Assembly (NCBI GenBank): GCA_963718855.1
Contig: CAVRAA010000009.1
Location: 430,014 to 494,013, forward strand
Length of the DNA: 64,000 nt
Source: an uncultured Nitrospiraceae bacterium
Lineage (GTDB): Bacteria; Nitrospirota; Thermodesulfovibrionia; Thermodesulfovibrionales; SM23-35
Reading direction: 5' to 3'
Part shown: positions 8,456-17,457 of the stretch, piece by piece
Position numbering within the stretch: the stretch's first letter is position 1
Layout: each line of letters opens with the position of its first letter
The notes under the pieces: model-generated
What the model saw: only the letters and a program-made list of their open reading frames with translations
What the model was told of the DNA's origin: nothing
Databases searched by the model: none
Made by a program: the position numbers and the translations under genes

Positions 8456-10387
8456 ATGAGAAAGCTTTTTATTTGTATCTTCTTTGTTGCTTCCTGCATG
8501 TCCGTCCATAGCAGCGAGACTGACGGCAAGTCGCTGCTGAAGAGAGGCAAACACGAACTCGACCAGAAACAGTTCCAGAGCGCTATTGGCCATTTATCCG
8601 CTGCTGAGCGGGAGTTTCCTTTACTCGGGGATTATGCCCTGTTATGGCTCTCAGATGCCTATCATGAAACGAACAATCACGGAGAGGCATTGAACACAGT
8701 CCGGGCTTTGCTGAAAGAATATCCCCGCTCCCCGCTAGTCCAAAAAGCGCGCATCAGGGAGATTACAGAAGGACAAGAGCTTGAAGAAGACGTCCTTCGA
8801 TTGTTCGAAGCATATCTGAAAGATTACCCTGACGATGCCGATATGAAATATCTGTTTGCCCAATGGCTGAAGAAAAATGGACAGGAAGAAAAGGCTAAAA
8901 AACTATTTAAAGATATCTATATCGCTGCAGGGCCTTTCGCCAAATCCGCGTACGATGAATTGTCTGCTTCAGATATCAGTGCCAACGACATGGTCAGGCG
9001 GGCCTCGAATCTTATCGACAGGATGAATTATAAAACCGCTGAGTCCGCCTTAAGGGGTGCGCTGACTGAAGATGACGGGACATTGGAGAAAGAAATCTTC
9101 CGGAACCTCGGCCTGACACTCTTCAGGCAGAAGAGATATCAGGAAGCAGCAGAGATCTATAAAAAGGTGAACGACAGATACTGGGAGGTGCGTTCCCTGT
9201 ATCGTGCCGGGCAAAAAGACGTCATCAATGATGCAATGGATGACCTCCTCAAAAGCAAAGACAAACGGATTGGCTCTGTTCTCACTGCAGTCGCCGCTGA
9301 TAAGAGGAGGGAGGGGGACACCGACGACGCTGTCCGTCTCTACCGGAAGATTATCGACCGCTATCCTTCGGACAAAGAAGATGCGCTCTGGGGCATAGGA
9401 TGGACGTACTTTATGAATGGAGATTACAAGGAAGCGCACGAGGTTTTTGCAAGGCTTTATTCCTCCTACGAAAACCGGAAATACCTTTACTGGAAAGCCC
9501 GCAGTCTGGAAGCCGGCGGTGAGGATGCAACAGATATATATTCGGCTCTCCTGAACAATGAACGGGATTTCTACAGCCTCATGACCTATAAAAAACTTAA
9601 AGGCGGCGGCGGAAAATTGGTGAAAAGCCAGTCGCAGAAGATGTTCAAATCCGTCATGACTGCCGGAACCATTTCCGGAAAGCAGAAAAAGAACGACAGA
9701 ATAGAGGCCCTCCTGGATCTCGGTTTCTCCCGGGAGGCATTATCCGAGCTGATTGCGCTGTCCAGGAATATCAATTCGATGGAAGACATCGTCTATGCCT
9801 GTTCGAAATTCCAGGAACTCGGAAGTTATGACTATTCTGTCAGGCTCGCAAAAAAACTACCCCCTACGGAAAGCCTGCATCAGTTTCTCTACCCCCGCGC
9901 ATACTGGACCACAGTCGAGGGACTTGCTCAACGGCACGACATCGATCCGCTCCTGGTCCTTGCGATTGTCAGGGAAGAAAGCAGGTTCGATGCTGACGCG
10001 CGCTCGGTTGCAGGGGCATTGGGTCTCATGCAGCTCATGCCAAAGACCGCATACCGGCTGGACAACCATCTTGGGCTGGGGATAGACAATTCCTACGAGA
10101 TATTGAATACAAAGAATAACCTCCATCTCGGCACCTACTACCTGAGTTCCCTGGTAAAGGAATTCGGCTCGTACACGTATGCAATTGCAGCCTATAACGC
10201 CGGGGAGGAAATAGTGAAAAAATGGCGCAAACAGAGGAGATACCGTTCTGCGGACGAATTCATTGAGGATATCCCGTATGAGGAAACCCGGAACTATGTA
10301 AAACGGGTACTGACCTCCCTGTTTGAATATAAACGCATCTCATCAGCCGGAGACGACGCGATAGAGATCTCGATCGAAAAGCTATAG
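8456..10387 (+). CDS. soluble lytic murein transglycosylase (Slt70-like: TPR/superhelical N-domain + SLT catalytic domain)
   Basis: Start moved to MRKLFICIFFVASCMSVHS (signal peptide). Catalytic region ESRFDADARSVAGALGLMQLMP ... AYNAGEE. Confidence 0.85.
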   Translation: MRKLFICIFFVASCMSVHSSETDGKSLLKRGKHELDQKQFQSAIGHLSAAEREFPLLGDYALLWLSDAYHETNNHGEALNTVRALLKEYPRSPLVQKARIREITEGQELEEDVLRLFEAYLKDYPDDADMKYLFAQWLKKNGQEEKAKKLFKDIYIAAGPFAKSAYDELSASDISANDMVRRASNLIDRMNYKTAESALRGALTEDDGTLEKEIFRNLGLTLFRQKRYQEAAEIYKKVNDRYWEVRSLYRAGQKDVINDAMDDLLKSKDKRIGSVLTAVAADKRREGDTDDAVRLYRKIIDRYPSDKEDALWGIGWTYFMNGDYKEAHEVFARLYSSYENRKYLYWKARSLEAGGEDATDIYSALLNNERDFYSLMTYKKLKGGGGKLVKSQSQKMFKSVMTAGTISGKQKKNDRIEALLDLGFSREALSELIALSRNINSMEDIVYACSKFQELGSYDYSVRLAKKLPPTESLHQFLYPRAYWTTVEGLAQRHDIDPLLVLAIVREESRFDADARSVAGALGLMQLMPKTAYRLDNHLGLGIDNSYEILNTKNNLHLGTYYLSSLVKEFGSYTYAIAAYNAGEEIVKKWRKQRRYRSADEFIEDIPYEETRNYVKRVLTSLFEYKRISSAGDDAIEISIEKL

Positions 10388-10493
10388 ACTTTCGTTTTGC
10401 CGTTTTGGTATTTTAGGTACGATGGTTTTTAACAGGACCCTCTTTGATGACGACCAGGTTATAGATCAACCACAAAATGGGAAAAAGGAGGCT

Positions 10494-10721
10494 ATGCCGT
10501 TGGAAAAATTGAAGACTTTGGAAGATAAAATCACCTCAGCGATTGAGCGGGTCAAGACCCTTAAGGAAGAAAAAGCAGTCACCGACAGAAGGATAAAAGA
10601 ACTCGAACAGCTGCTCAACGAGAAGAATGAGGAGGTGGAACAGCTGAAGGGAGAAAAGAATTCGATCAAAAGCCAGCTCGAATCCCTCCTTCACGAGATC
10701 GAAACGCTCGAATTAGCGTAA
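10494..10721 (+). CDS. zapB: coiled-coil cell-division protein, ZapB-like
   Basis: Start moved to MPLEKLK, after AAAGGAGG. The protein is 75 aa of uninterrupted heptad coiled coil, immediately upstream of zapA. Confidence 0.5.
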   Translation: MPLEKLKTLEDKITSAIERVKTLKEEKAVTDRRIKELEQLLNEKNEEVEQLKGEKNSIKSQLESLLHEIETLELA

Positions 10722-10732
10722 AGCATACGGAC

Positions 10733-10999
10733 ATGGGAAGCACCGAGGTCTACATCTTAGGTCAGAAATATACGATAAAGGGAGACGCGCCTGAGGAGTA
10801 TATCAGGGAAATCGCTTCCTTTGTCGATAAAAAGCTGAAAGAAGTGCATAACTCCATACCGAATATCACGCCTGTGAAGGCGTCAATTCTGGCCGCCCTC
10901 GACATCGCAGACGAACTCTTCAAACTCAGGAGCGAACAGGAAGTGATGACGAAAACCATCGAAGAAAAAGCGGAACGACTGGCCTCGCTGTTTGATTAG
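10733..10999 (+). CDS. zapA: cell division protein ZapA
   Basis: 88 aa. Matches the ZapA pattern: V.I.G..Y.I.....EEY+..+A..VD.K+ ... A+L.AL.+ADEL. Confidence 0.8.
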   Translation: MGSTEVYILGQKYTIKGDAPEEYIREIASFVDKKLKEVHNSIPNITPVKASILAALDIADELFKLRSEQEVMTKTIEEKAERLASLFD

Positions 11000-11064
11000 A
11001 CTCAGATATTTCCCGCCTTCGCCGGTCCCGATAAGACAGTTGTAACCCTCAAAAAAAGCATTTT

Positions 11065-11097
11065 TGTAATATTCCTGTAATATTTCTTTGCTATAGT
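11065..11097 (+). promoter_or_regulatory. Pho-box-like operator + -10 (TGTAATattccTGTAAT, 10 nt, TATAGT)
   Basis: Half-sites start at 11065 and 11076 (11-bp register). The -10 is at 11092-11097 and the ATG at 11104, 6 nt later, with no SD. Confidence 0.6.
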
Positions 11098-11103
11098 ACC
11101 TCC

Positions 11104-11538
11104 ATGGCAAGCGACAAAATAAAGGTCCTTTTTGTCTGTGTTCATAATTCAGCAAGAAGTCAAATGGCCGAAGCATTTCTAAACCATTACGGCGGAAATG
11201 TATTTGAAGCAGAAAGCGCGGGGTTGTCACCCGGCGAGCTGAATCCAGCGGTAGTAAACGTGATGAAAGAAGAAGGGTTCGATATTTCAGCCAATAAAAC
11301 AAAACGCGTATTTGATTTTGTGAAATCGGGAAAGACGTTTCATTATGTGATTACCGTCTGCGATCAGGCAACTGCCCAAAAGTGTCCGGTATTTCCCGGG
11401 ATAACCAAACGTCTCCACTGGTCGTTTGAAGATCCGTCTTCGTTTGCGGGAACATATCAGGAAAAGATGTCAAAAACCCGCGACGTGCGGGATAAGATAA
11501 AGTCCAGCGTACTCGAATTTATCAGGTCACTTTCATAA
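11104..11538 (+). CDS. arsC: arsenate reductase / low-molecular-weight phosphotyrosine phosphatase family (thioredoxin-coupled ArsC type)
   Basis: P-loop [16 protein letters not shown] (CX5R) plus the downstream Cys pair context ([14 protein letters not shown]). Paralogue at 56193-56627. Confidence 0.85.
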   Translation: MASDKIKVLFVCVHNSARSQMAEAFLNHYGGNVFEAESAGLSPGELNPAVVNVMKEEGFDISANKTKRVFDFVKSGKTFHYVITVCDQATAQKCPVFPGITKRLHWSFEDPSSFAGTYQEKMSKTRDVRDKIKSSVLEFIRSLS

Positions 11539-11715
11539 TTTGTCCAATTATTCGTTGAAGGAATCTACACGTCTCGTTCTTCCTCCGTATCTGAAAGATG
11601 CCTCTAAAGGCAGATGGTTCAGCCAGAAAATTCCAAATAACTCCTTATTGTTCTTCTATTGACAGCTTCCCATAAATATATTAATGTATATACAAAACTA
11701 CATACGAGGTAATTT

Positions 11716-11976
11716 ATGAAATTTGCAAATGTGAAAGAACTCCAGAAAGATGCATCTCGCATTATCAGTCTTGTTGAAAAGGGAGAGGATGTTATCATCA
11801 CCAAACGAGGCAAACCTGCTGCCGTTATATATCCGCTCAGTGAAGATACGATTGAGGATTATATGATTCAGCATAGCCCCAGCATCCGAAAAAAGATTGA
11901 AGAAGGGCTGAAAGACAGCAGAGAGGGGAAAATTATACCCCTGAGAGATATCATAAAGGCAAGAAAGCGTGCCTGA
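11716..11976 (+). CDS. type II antitoxin, Phd/YefM family
   Basis: 86 aa, N-terminal MKFANVKELQKDASRIISLVEKGEDVIITKRGKPAAVI. Overlaps the downstream toxin by 8 nt. Confidence 0.8.
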   Translation: MKFANVKELQKDASRIISLVEKGEDVIITKRGKPAAVIYPLSEDTIEDYMIQHSPSIRKKIEEGLKDSREGKIIPLRDIIKARKRA

Positions 11977-12235
11977 ATTCAGGGTCGTCTTTACTGTAAA
12001 AGCACAGAAGGACTTATCTGATTTACCTGAACACGAGATAGACCAAATCCTTTCATCTTGTTTGAGACTCGAAAGAAATCCTCATCCAGACGGTAAGCAT
12101 ATCAAGAAACTCAAAGGATACAAGGATCTGTATCGCCTCAGGATAGGGGATTACAGGGCAGTCTTTGAATGGCAAAGGAATACTGTTACCGTTGTTAGGT
12201 TGTTGACCAGGCAGGATTTCGGGAAAAGGTATTAA
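11969..12235 (+). CDS. relE: type II toxin, RelE/ParE family
   Basis: 88 aa with LKGYKDLYRLRIGDYRAVFEWQRNTVTVVRL, the RelE/StbE core pattern. Confidence 0.8.
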   Translation: MPEFRVVFTVKAQKDLSDLPEHEIDQILSSCLRLERNPHPDGKHIKKLKGYKDLYRLRIGDYRAVFEWQRNTVTVVRLLTRQDFGKRY

Positions 12236-12336
12236 TGAATCAATATCTTCCTCCTCCTTTTTCAAAGCTGACATAATGGTACAGAGTACAAACCATAATC
12301 AGAACAGATAATTCTGTACTTGATGTCAGCCGTTGC

Positions 12337-12367
12337 TGTCATTGCGAGCCGAAGGCGAAGCAATCTC
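12337..12367. repeat. half-copy of the cattgcgag...gcaatctc REP family
   Basis: tgtcattgcgagccgaaggcgaagcaatctc. A full palindromic copy lies at 15605-15681 and another half-copy at 14693-14720. Confidence 0.5.
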
Positions 12368-12432
12368 ATCTTCTATTCTTTACTATGTATCATAGCTGTC
12401 CAAGATATTCAGGACAGCTTCATTCGAGACAA

Positions 12433-14439
12433 TTAACCCATCCTCCGCAGGTTGCCCCTGATTTTGATAAAAAAGGGAAGGTGATCAGTGTCTATGTCGC
12501 GTCACTGTTTGATGTCCGAAAGGAGTGAGAAGTAAAAGCGCATGTAGTGCCGACTACCCCCTTGAAAACCTTGCGTTGAACTGCAATAATTTCGCACGAT
12601 GTATTTACGAAGACGTTGCCGCATCAAGGACGGGGTAAAGTATGAATCATGGGCACTGGTAGAATCCGTGCGGACGGCGCGAGGGCCACGTCAAAGGACA
12701 GTGGTAACAGTCGGTAAACTTCCCGGCCTGGATGAAGAGGAGAAGATTGGCTGGGAAGAGATAGGCCGTGTGCTTGATGGCAAGCCGGCGCCAACAGCGA
12801 CTCTGTTTAGGCAAGAGCCCGATATCCCTTCCTGGGCTACAGTCAATATCAAGGGCATACAAGTAGAGCGGCTTCGACATTTTGGAGATGTCTACCTCGG
12901 CCTTGCTCTTTGGAAGAGGCTGGGTCTTGAAAAGTTCTGCGAACAACATATACCTTCCGGCAGAGAAGATATTCCCTGGTCGGTAATGGCAGCTGTTCTT
13001 GGTCTCGCCAGATTCTGCGTCCCGTCGTCAGAACTGCAGATAGCAGATTCATGGTACGGCAAGACGGCACTTGATGATCTTCTTGGGGTGCCTGCCGAGA
13101 AGATTAACGATGATCGGTTATATCGTGCACTGGATGCGCTTCTTCCTCACAAGGACGCATTGTGCAAGCATTTACAGAAAAGATATGGGGAGCTGTTCGG
13201 CGTCAAATTCGATTTTCTTATTTATGACATTACTTCCACATATTTTGAGGGATCTGGGAAAGCCAACATCCAGGCAAAGAGAGGTTACAGCAGAGACGGC
13301 CGGCCTGACTGCGTGCAGGTCTGCATCGGACTGGTGGCCAGCGTCGAGGGGTTACCCCTTGCCTTTGAAGTTTTTGACGGAAACCGTACTGATGTAACCA
13401 CGGTCGAAGAGATGGTTGAGCTTATGCAGAACAAATACGGGAAAGCGGAGCGAATATGGGTAATGGACAGGGGGATGGTAAGCGAAGAAAACATAGAGTC
13501 CTTACAGAGCTGTGGCGCCCGCTACCTTGTTGGCACACCTAAATCCATGCTCAGAAAATTCGAGCATGAGCTTATTGATAAAGACTGGCAGGAGGTTCAG
13601 CCAGGGGTAGAGGTCAAACTTTGTTCTGCCCCCGATGGCACGGCGGAAAGTTTTGTTGTGTGCCGCTCGGAAGGGAGAAAAGATAAAGAAACAGCCATTC
13701 TGAACCGGTTCATTACACGATTGGAAGCGGGGCTTGATAAACTTAAGCAGCAGGCTGATCAGGGAAGACTCCGGGACCGGCAGAAGGCAGACCGCAGGAT
13801 CGGGCGTCTTCTGGAGAGAAACAGCCGGGCCGCATCTCTCTTTGACATCACGGTAGAAGAACAGGGAACGGGCATTGAGAAACGCCTGAAGGTAATCATC
13901 AAAAAACACGAAGACCGCTATGAGTGGCTCCTTTCCACCAGCGGCAGCTACCTTCTTCGCACTAACTGGACAGAGAAATATCCCAGGGAGATATGGAAAA
14001 CATATATTCAGCTTACTCAGGTAGAAGATGCCTTCCGGACCGCCAAGAGCGAGCTGGGGATGAGGCCGATCTATCATCATAAAGCGGATCGCACACAGGC
14101 TCATATCCTCGTGTGCTTTCTGGCACTGGTGCTGTGGCGGACACTTCAGCAGTGGATGGAGTGTTCAGGGCTGGGCACTGCTCCGAGGAAACTCCTTGAG
14201 GAACTGCGTGAGGTAAAGTCTCTCGATGTGCTTTTGCCTTCACGTGAAAACAAAACAATCCGGCTGCGAGTTGTGAGCACTGCGCCTCCTGGTCTGAAAA
14301 TTTTGCTTCAGCATTTGAAGCTGCCGCTGCCTAGCAGACCAAAGATCGTTGAAAATGTAGTGCCGACTTTGGCCGGGTGATCGAGCTAACTTATTGATTT
14401 GTAAAAACTTTGAATTTCAAACTGCGGAAAATGGGTTAA
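12433..14439 (+). mobile_element. IS1634-family (IS4-like) insertion sequence, about 2.0 kb
   Basis: The terminal inverted repeat ttaacccatcctccgcaggttg (12433-12454) matches the reverse complement of 14418-14439 at 19 of 22 positions (hand count). It contains a single DDE transposase ORF. I could not find a clear target-site duplication. Confidence 0.7.
12599..14380 (+). CDS. IS1634-family DDE transposase
   Basis: 593 aa: YDITSTYFEG ... GYSRDGRPDCVQVCIGL ... VMDRGMVSEEN ... YLLRTN ... YIQLTQVEDAFRTAKSELGMRPIYHH. Confidence 0.85.
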   Translation: MYLRRRCRIKDGVKYESWALVESVRTARGPRQRTVVTVGKLPGLDEEEKIGWEEIGRVLDGKPAPTATLFRQEPDIPSWATVNIKGIQVERLRHFGDVYLGLALWKRLGLEKFCEQHIPSGREDIPWSVMAAVLGLARFCVPSSELQIADSWYGKTALDDLLGVPAEKINDDRLYRALDALLPHKDALCKHLQKRYGELFGVKFDFLIYDITSTYFEGSGKANIQAKRGYSRDGRPDCVQVCIGLVASVEGLPLAFEVFDGNRTDVTTVEEMVELMQNKYGKAERIWVMDRGMVSEENIESLQSCGARYLVGTPKSMLRKFEHELIDKDWQEVQPGVEVKLCSAPDGTAESFVVCRSEGRKDKETAILNRFITRLEAGLDKLKQQADQGRLRDRQKADRRIGRLLERNSRAASLFDITVEEQGTGIEKRLKVIIKKHEDRYEWLLSTSGSYLLRTNWTEKYPREIWKTYIQLTQVEDAFRTAKSELGMRPIYHHKADRTQAHILVCFLALVLWRTLQQWMECSGLGTAPRKLLEELREVKSLDVLLPSRENKTIRLRVVSTAPPGLKILLQHLKLPLPSRPKIVENVVPTLAG

Positions 14440-14515
14440 CCTATTGAAATCGTAGTGTTTTGGAACGGTTTTGCTGTCGCTTTGAAATCAGGCTCCCTAT
14501 GCTGTCCAAAAAACG

Positions 14516-14612
14516 CTGGATATTGTCATACCGGCGAAAGCCGGTATCCAGTGACGTTAGCAATTCAATAAGGCTAAAAGTCGCTGGATTCCGGGTCGAG
14601 CCCGGAATGACA
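14516..14612. repeat. paired REP hairpins (ctggat-attgtcataccggcgaaagccggtatccag / ctggattccgggtcgagcccggaatgaca)
   Basis: The same two-hairpin architecture recurs at 39096-39185. It underlies the spurious ORF 14460-14777. Confidence 0.5.
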
Positions 14613-14692
14613 CCAAAAATTTACGGGTTTCACTTCTCTCAAATGCTGTCCAAGAAATTTATTTTGAACAAGAGTGACTATGTATATAAGGA

Positions 14693-14720
14693 GAGATTGC
14701 CGCGCTTCGCTCTCAATGAC
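14693..14720. repeat. half-copy (opposite arm) of the cattgcgag...gcaatctc REP family
   Basis: gagattgccgcgcttcgctctcaatgac. Confidence 0.45.
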
Positions 14721-14960
14721 GACCGAAATCCCAAGAACTGGTACTGTCTATTACCTACGGTAACTATTGGTTTTTGAATATTACCGATTTTCACTCTTCG
14801 CAGGTGTTGTTCGCACCTATATACAAATGTTTCCCCCTGTTGCTTTCATAAAGAAACCAGAATCTAAAGCAAATCGTACCAGGGCTTGACATATGACGTA
14901 GGCAATAAGATTATTTACACATAATATTGTGTTATAATTATGTGTAAATGGAGGTGTGAT

Positions 14961-15158
14961 ATGGCTACGAATCTCGCATTAGACGATGGACTGATTGCTG
15001 AGGCCCAAAAGGTCGGGCATCATAAAACAAAAAAAGACGCGGTAACAACTGCATTGAAAGAATACGTTGCGAGGAAAAAACAGATTGAAGTAATCGGCTT
15101 GTTCGGCAAAATCGATTTCGACAAAACCTATGACTATAAAAAAGCAAGAACGAGATGA
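14961..15158 (+). CDS. vapB: type II antitoxin, VapB family
   Basis: Start moved to MATNLALDD, after GGAGGTG. 65 aa. The stop overlaps the start of the PIN toxin (ATGA). Confidence 0.7.
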   Translation: MATNLALDDGLIAEAQKVGHHKTKKDAVTTALKEYVARKKQIEVIGLFGKIDFDKTYDYKKARTR

Positions 15159-15547
15159 AAGTCCTCGTTGATACGTGCGTTTGGTCTAAGGTCCTCAGAT
15201 ATAAAGCTTCAGACCTGGAGACAGCAGAGAGAATCAAGGAACTCATAAAGAACGGCACAGTAGTCATGATTGGGCCGATCCGACAGGAACTTCTCTCCGG
15301 AATATCCAATCTCTCACAATTCAACAAATTGAAAGAGGTGCTTTCTGCATTTCAGGATATTCCGCTTGAAAGCAAACACTTTGTGAAGGCTGCTGAATTC
15401 AGCAATATATGCCGAAAAAATGGCATTCAGGGTTCAACGATTGATTTTCTGATCTGCGCTGTAGCAACCATTCAAAACCTAATTATTTTTACCACCGATA
15501 AAGACTTCGAAAATTACAAAATATATTTGCCGATAAAATTGCTCTGA
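15155..15547 (+). CDS. vapC: type II toxin VapC (PIN-domain ribonuclease)
   Basis: 130 aa. Has the N-terminal acidic residue in MKVLVDTCVW and a C-terminal FTTDKDF, the PIN acidic quartet context. Confidence 0.85.
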   Translation: MKVLVDTCVWSKVLRYKASDLETAERIKELIKNGTVVMIGPIRQELLSGISNLSQFNKLKEVLSAFQDIPLESKHFVKAAEFSNICRKNGIQGSTIDFLICAVATIQNLIIFTTDKDFENYKIYLPIKLL

Positions 15548-15604
15548 GAAAATTTTTATTTTTTCATAGACGCCTAATATTTCTCAAATCCAACGGTAAA
15601 CCCC

Positions 15605-15681
15605 TGTCCTTGCGAACGAAGTGAAGCAATCTCGCATCTCAGGGTTGAGATTGCCACGGTCGCATCGACCTCGCAATGACA
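15605..15681. repeat. complete palindromic copy of the cattgcgag...gcaatctc REP family
   Basis: tgtccttgcgaacgaagtgaagcaatctc ... gagattgccacggtcgcatcgacctcgcaatgaca. Confidence 0.55.
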
Positions 15682-15770
15682 CGTGTATCAAACCTGCAAG
15701 AGAGTTATCGTCGGATTTCGTATTTATTGCCTTGAACCTTACCGTCTTGCATGGATATAATCACTCCATC

Positions 15771-16601
15771 ATGAAAAACCTCTGGAGCATACGGATGAGA
15801 GCATCCAAAAGAGTAGAGAGTAGTAAGCATGAAGCAGGTAGGGGAAAAGAAATCCATATCTCCGGCGCAGAGGGGCTTTATGAAGCATCGAATATTCAAA
15901 AGGCAGTAACGCGCTCAATCGAAAGGGCGCTCACCCATCCGAAAGGCAAGGCAGATAAAATCACCGTCACGATTGAAGAAATAAAGCGGAAACCGCTCGA
16001 AATATCATCGCTGCCTGTTGCAACGCTCGATTGTGATACACCGACCGAAGCAGAACATCAGATACTGCATATCCTTCTTTCTCTGGGGATTTCAAAAAAG
16101 GCGGTTAATGCAGCTTTCACGGCGATTAAAAATGGAGGGATGCGGGGCGCGACAATCATAACCTCTCAAAAGGGCATACAGCTTGAACCCGACAAAAAAA
16201 GAGGCGTGCGGGCATCGAGACTTGGGGTTACGAAAACAGCATCAACAAGCCTCTCGCTGCGACTTTCGCGGCATGGTATTAATACCGATGTGGTGAAAGA
16301 GGCATTGATTCTTGCATCAAAGGTCATGGCACACAGATACATCGTTGCGGAATTGTGCATCTCCGATGACCCCGGGTATACCACCGGGTATGTGGCTTCA
16401 AAAAAATACGGGTATGTCCGGATACCGCATATAAAAAAGAAGGGAAGCAGACACGGAGGAAGGGCTTTTTTTATACAGAAATCGGCTGATGCCGGAGATA
16501 TTATCCATTACCTTGAAGAGACTCCTGTCATGGTGGTAAATGCTGCAGCATGCAAAGGTATTCTATCGATTGATGAAATCCTCGATCATACTCATCTGTA
16601 A
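15771..16601 (+). CDS. bioW: 6-carboxyhexanoate--CoA ligase (pimeloyl-CoA synthetase)
   Basis: Start moved to MKNLWSIRMRAS. Shows HISGAEGL, KRGVRASR, KEALILASKV and ELCISDDPGYTTGYVA, which line up with my recollection of Bacillus BioW. Confidence 0.8.
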   Translation: MKNLWSIRMRASKRVESSKHEAGRGKEIHISGAEGLYEASNIQKAVTRSIERALTHPKGKADKITVTIEEIKRKPLEISSLPVATLDCDTPTEAEHQILHILLSLGISKKAVNAAFTAIKNGGMRGATIITSQKGIQLEPDKKRGVRASRLGVTKTASTSLSLRLSRHGINTDVVKEALILASKVMAHRYIVAELCISDDPGYTTGYVASKKYGYVRIPHIKKKGSRHGGRAFFIQKSADAGDIIHYLEETPVMVVNAAACKGILSIDEILDHTHL

Positions 16602-17457
16602 CCCTGCTGCAAAAAGCATGTCCGAATCTAAAATCGAGCGGGCCCGCCGCCTTCTCGAACAAAAGGATTATCGCGTAGAACTGCTTCTTACGAAACAGCG
16701 CGGAGAGGCCGAACAGCTGGCAAAAGATGCAACGAAAAGTGCGCCCCATATGATCATTGCAGCAGGCGGCGACGGTACATTCAATGAGGTTGCGAACGGT
16801 ATTGCAGGCTCTGAAATACCTATGGCGATCCTTCCGATGGGGACCACCAATGTTCTTGCAAAAGAGCTCGGCATACCGGACACCGTCGAAGGCGCCCTTG
16901 AAGCGGCGCTGAACAACAAACCGAAAAGCGTTTCGCTCGGCAGAATCGTTATCGTTCGTGATGCGACTCCGGTCGCGCGTTATTTCATTTTAATGGCTGG
17001 GATCGGGTTTGACGGAGAGGCGGTCTACGGGATAAATGAAACATTCAAAAAAATTTCCGGGAAGGGCACCTATCTTTATAGCGGAATAAAGACGCTCTTG
17101 CGGTTCGATCCCGATAATCTTGCGGTGACCGTCGATGGGAAAACATATACCGCTTTTTCCGTTATTGTGGGGAACGCGTCCAAATATGGCGGGAATTTCA
17201 AAGTTACTCCCGACGCCCGGCTTACCGAACCCACCTTTGATGTCTGCCTGTTTAAGGGGAAAAAACGTGTTGACACGTTCCGTTATATACTTGGCATCGT
17301 AACGGGAAGCCATCTGAAGTTTGGCGATGTGGAATATCTCAAGGCCAGACACATTGCAATAAAAGGCCACGCTCATATTCAGATCGACGGCGATTACTTT
17401 GGCATGACGCCTGCAGAGATATCGATTGTCCCCAACGCCCTCAGACTCATTTTTTAA
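16573..17457 (+). CDS. diacylglycerol-kinase-family lipid kinase (YegS/BmrU type)
   Basis: Start moved to [13 protein letters not shown]. Motifs [16 protein letters not shown] and [14 protein letters not shown]. Confidence 0.8.
   Translation: MKSSIILICNPAAKSMSESKIERARRLLEQKDYRVELLLTKQRGEAEQLAKDATKSAPHMIIAAGGDGTFNEVANGIAGSEIPMAILPMGTTNVLAKELGIPDTVEGALEAALNNKPKSVSLGRIVIVRDATPVARYFILMAGIGFDGEAVYGINETFKKISGKGTYLYSGIKTLLRFDPDNLAVTVDGKTYTAFSVIVGNASKYGGNFKVTPDARLTEPTFDVCLFKGKKRVDTFRYILGIVTGSHLKFGDVEYLKARHIAIKGHAHIQIDGDYFGMTPAEISIVPNALRLIF

Noticed and set aside
11000-11103. 6S RNA (ssrS), which follows zapA in some proteobacteria.
   Set aside because: The gap is only about 100 nt and is occupied by the operator and promoter of the arsC-like gene. 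That is too short for a ~180-nt 6S RNA.
14460-14777. 105-aa ORF downstream of the IS.
   Set aside because: It is composed almost entirely of translated REP hairpins (SYRRKPVSS, AGFRVEPGMT, LPRFALNDD). It has no RBS.
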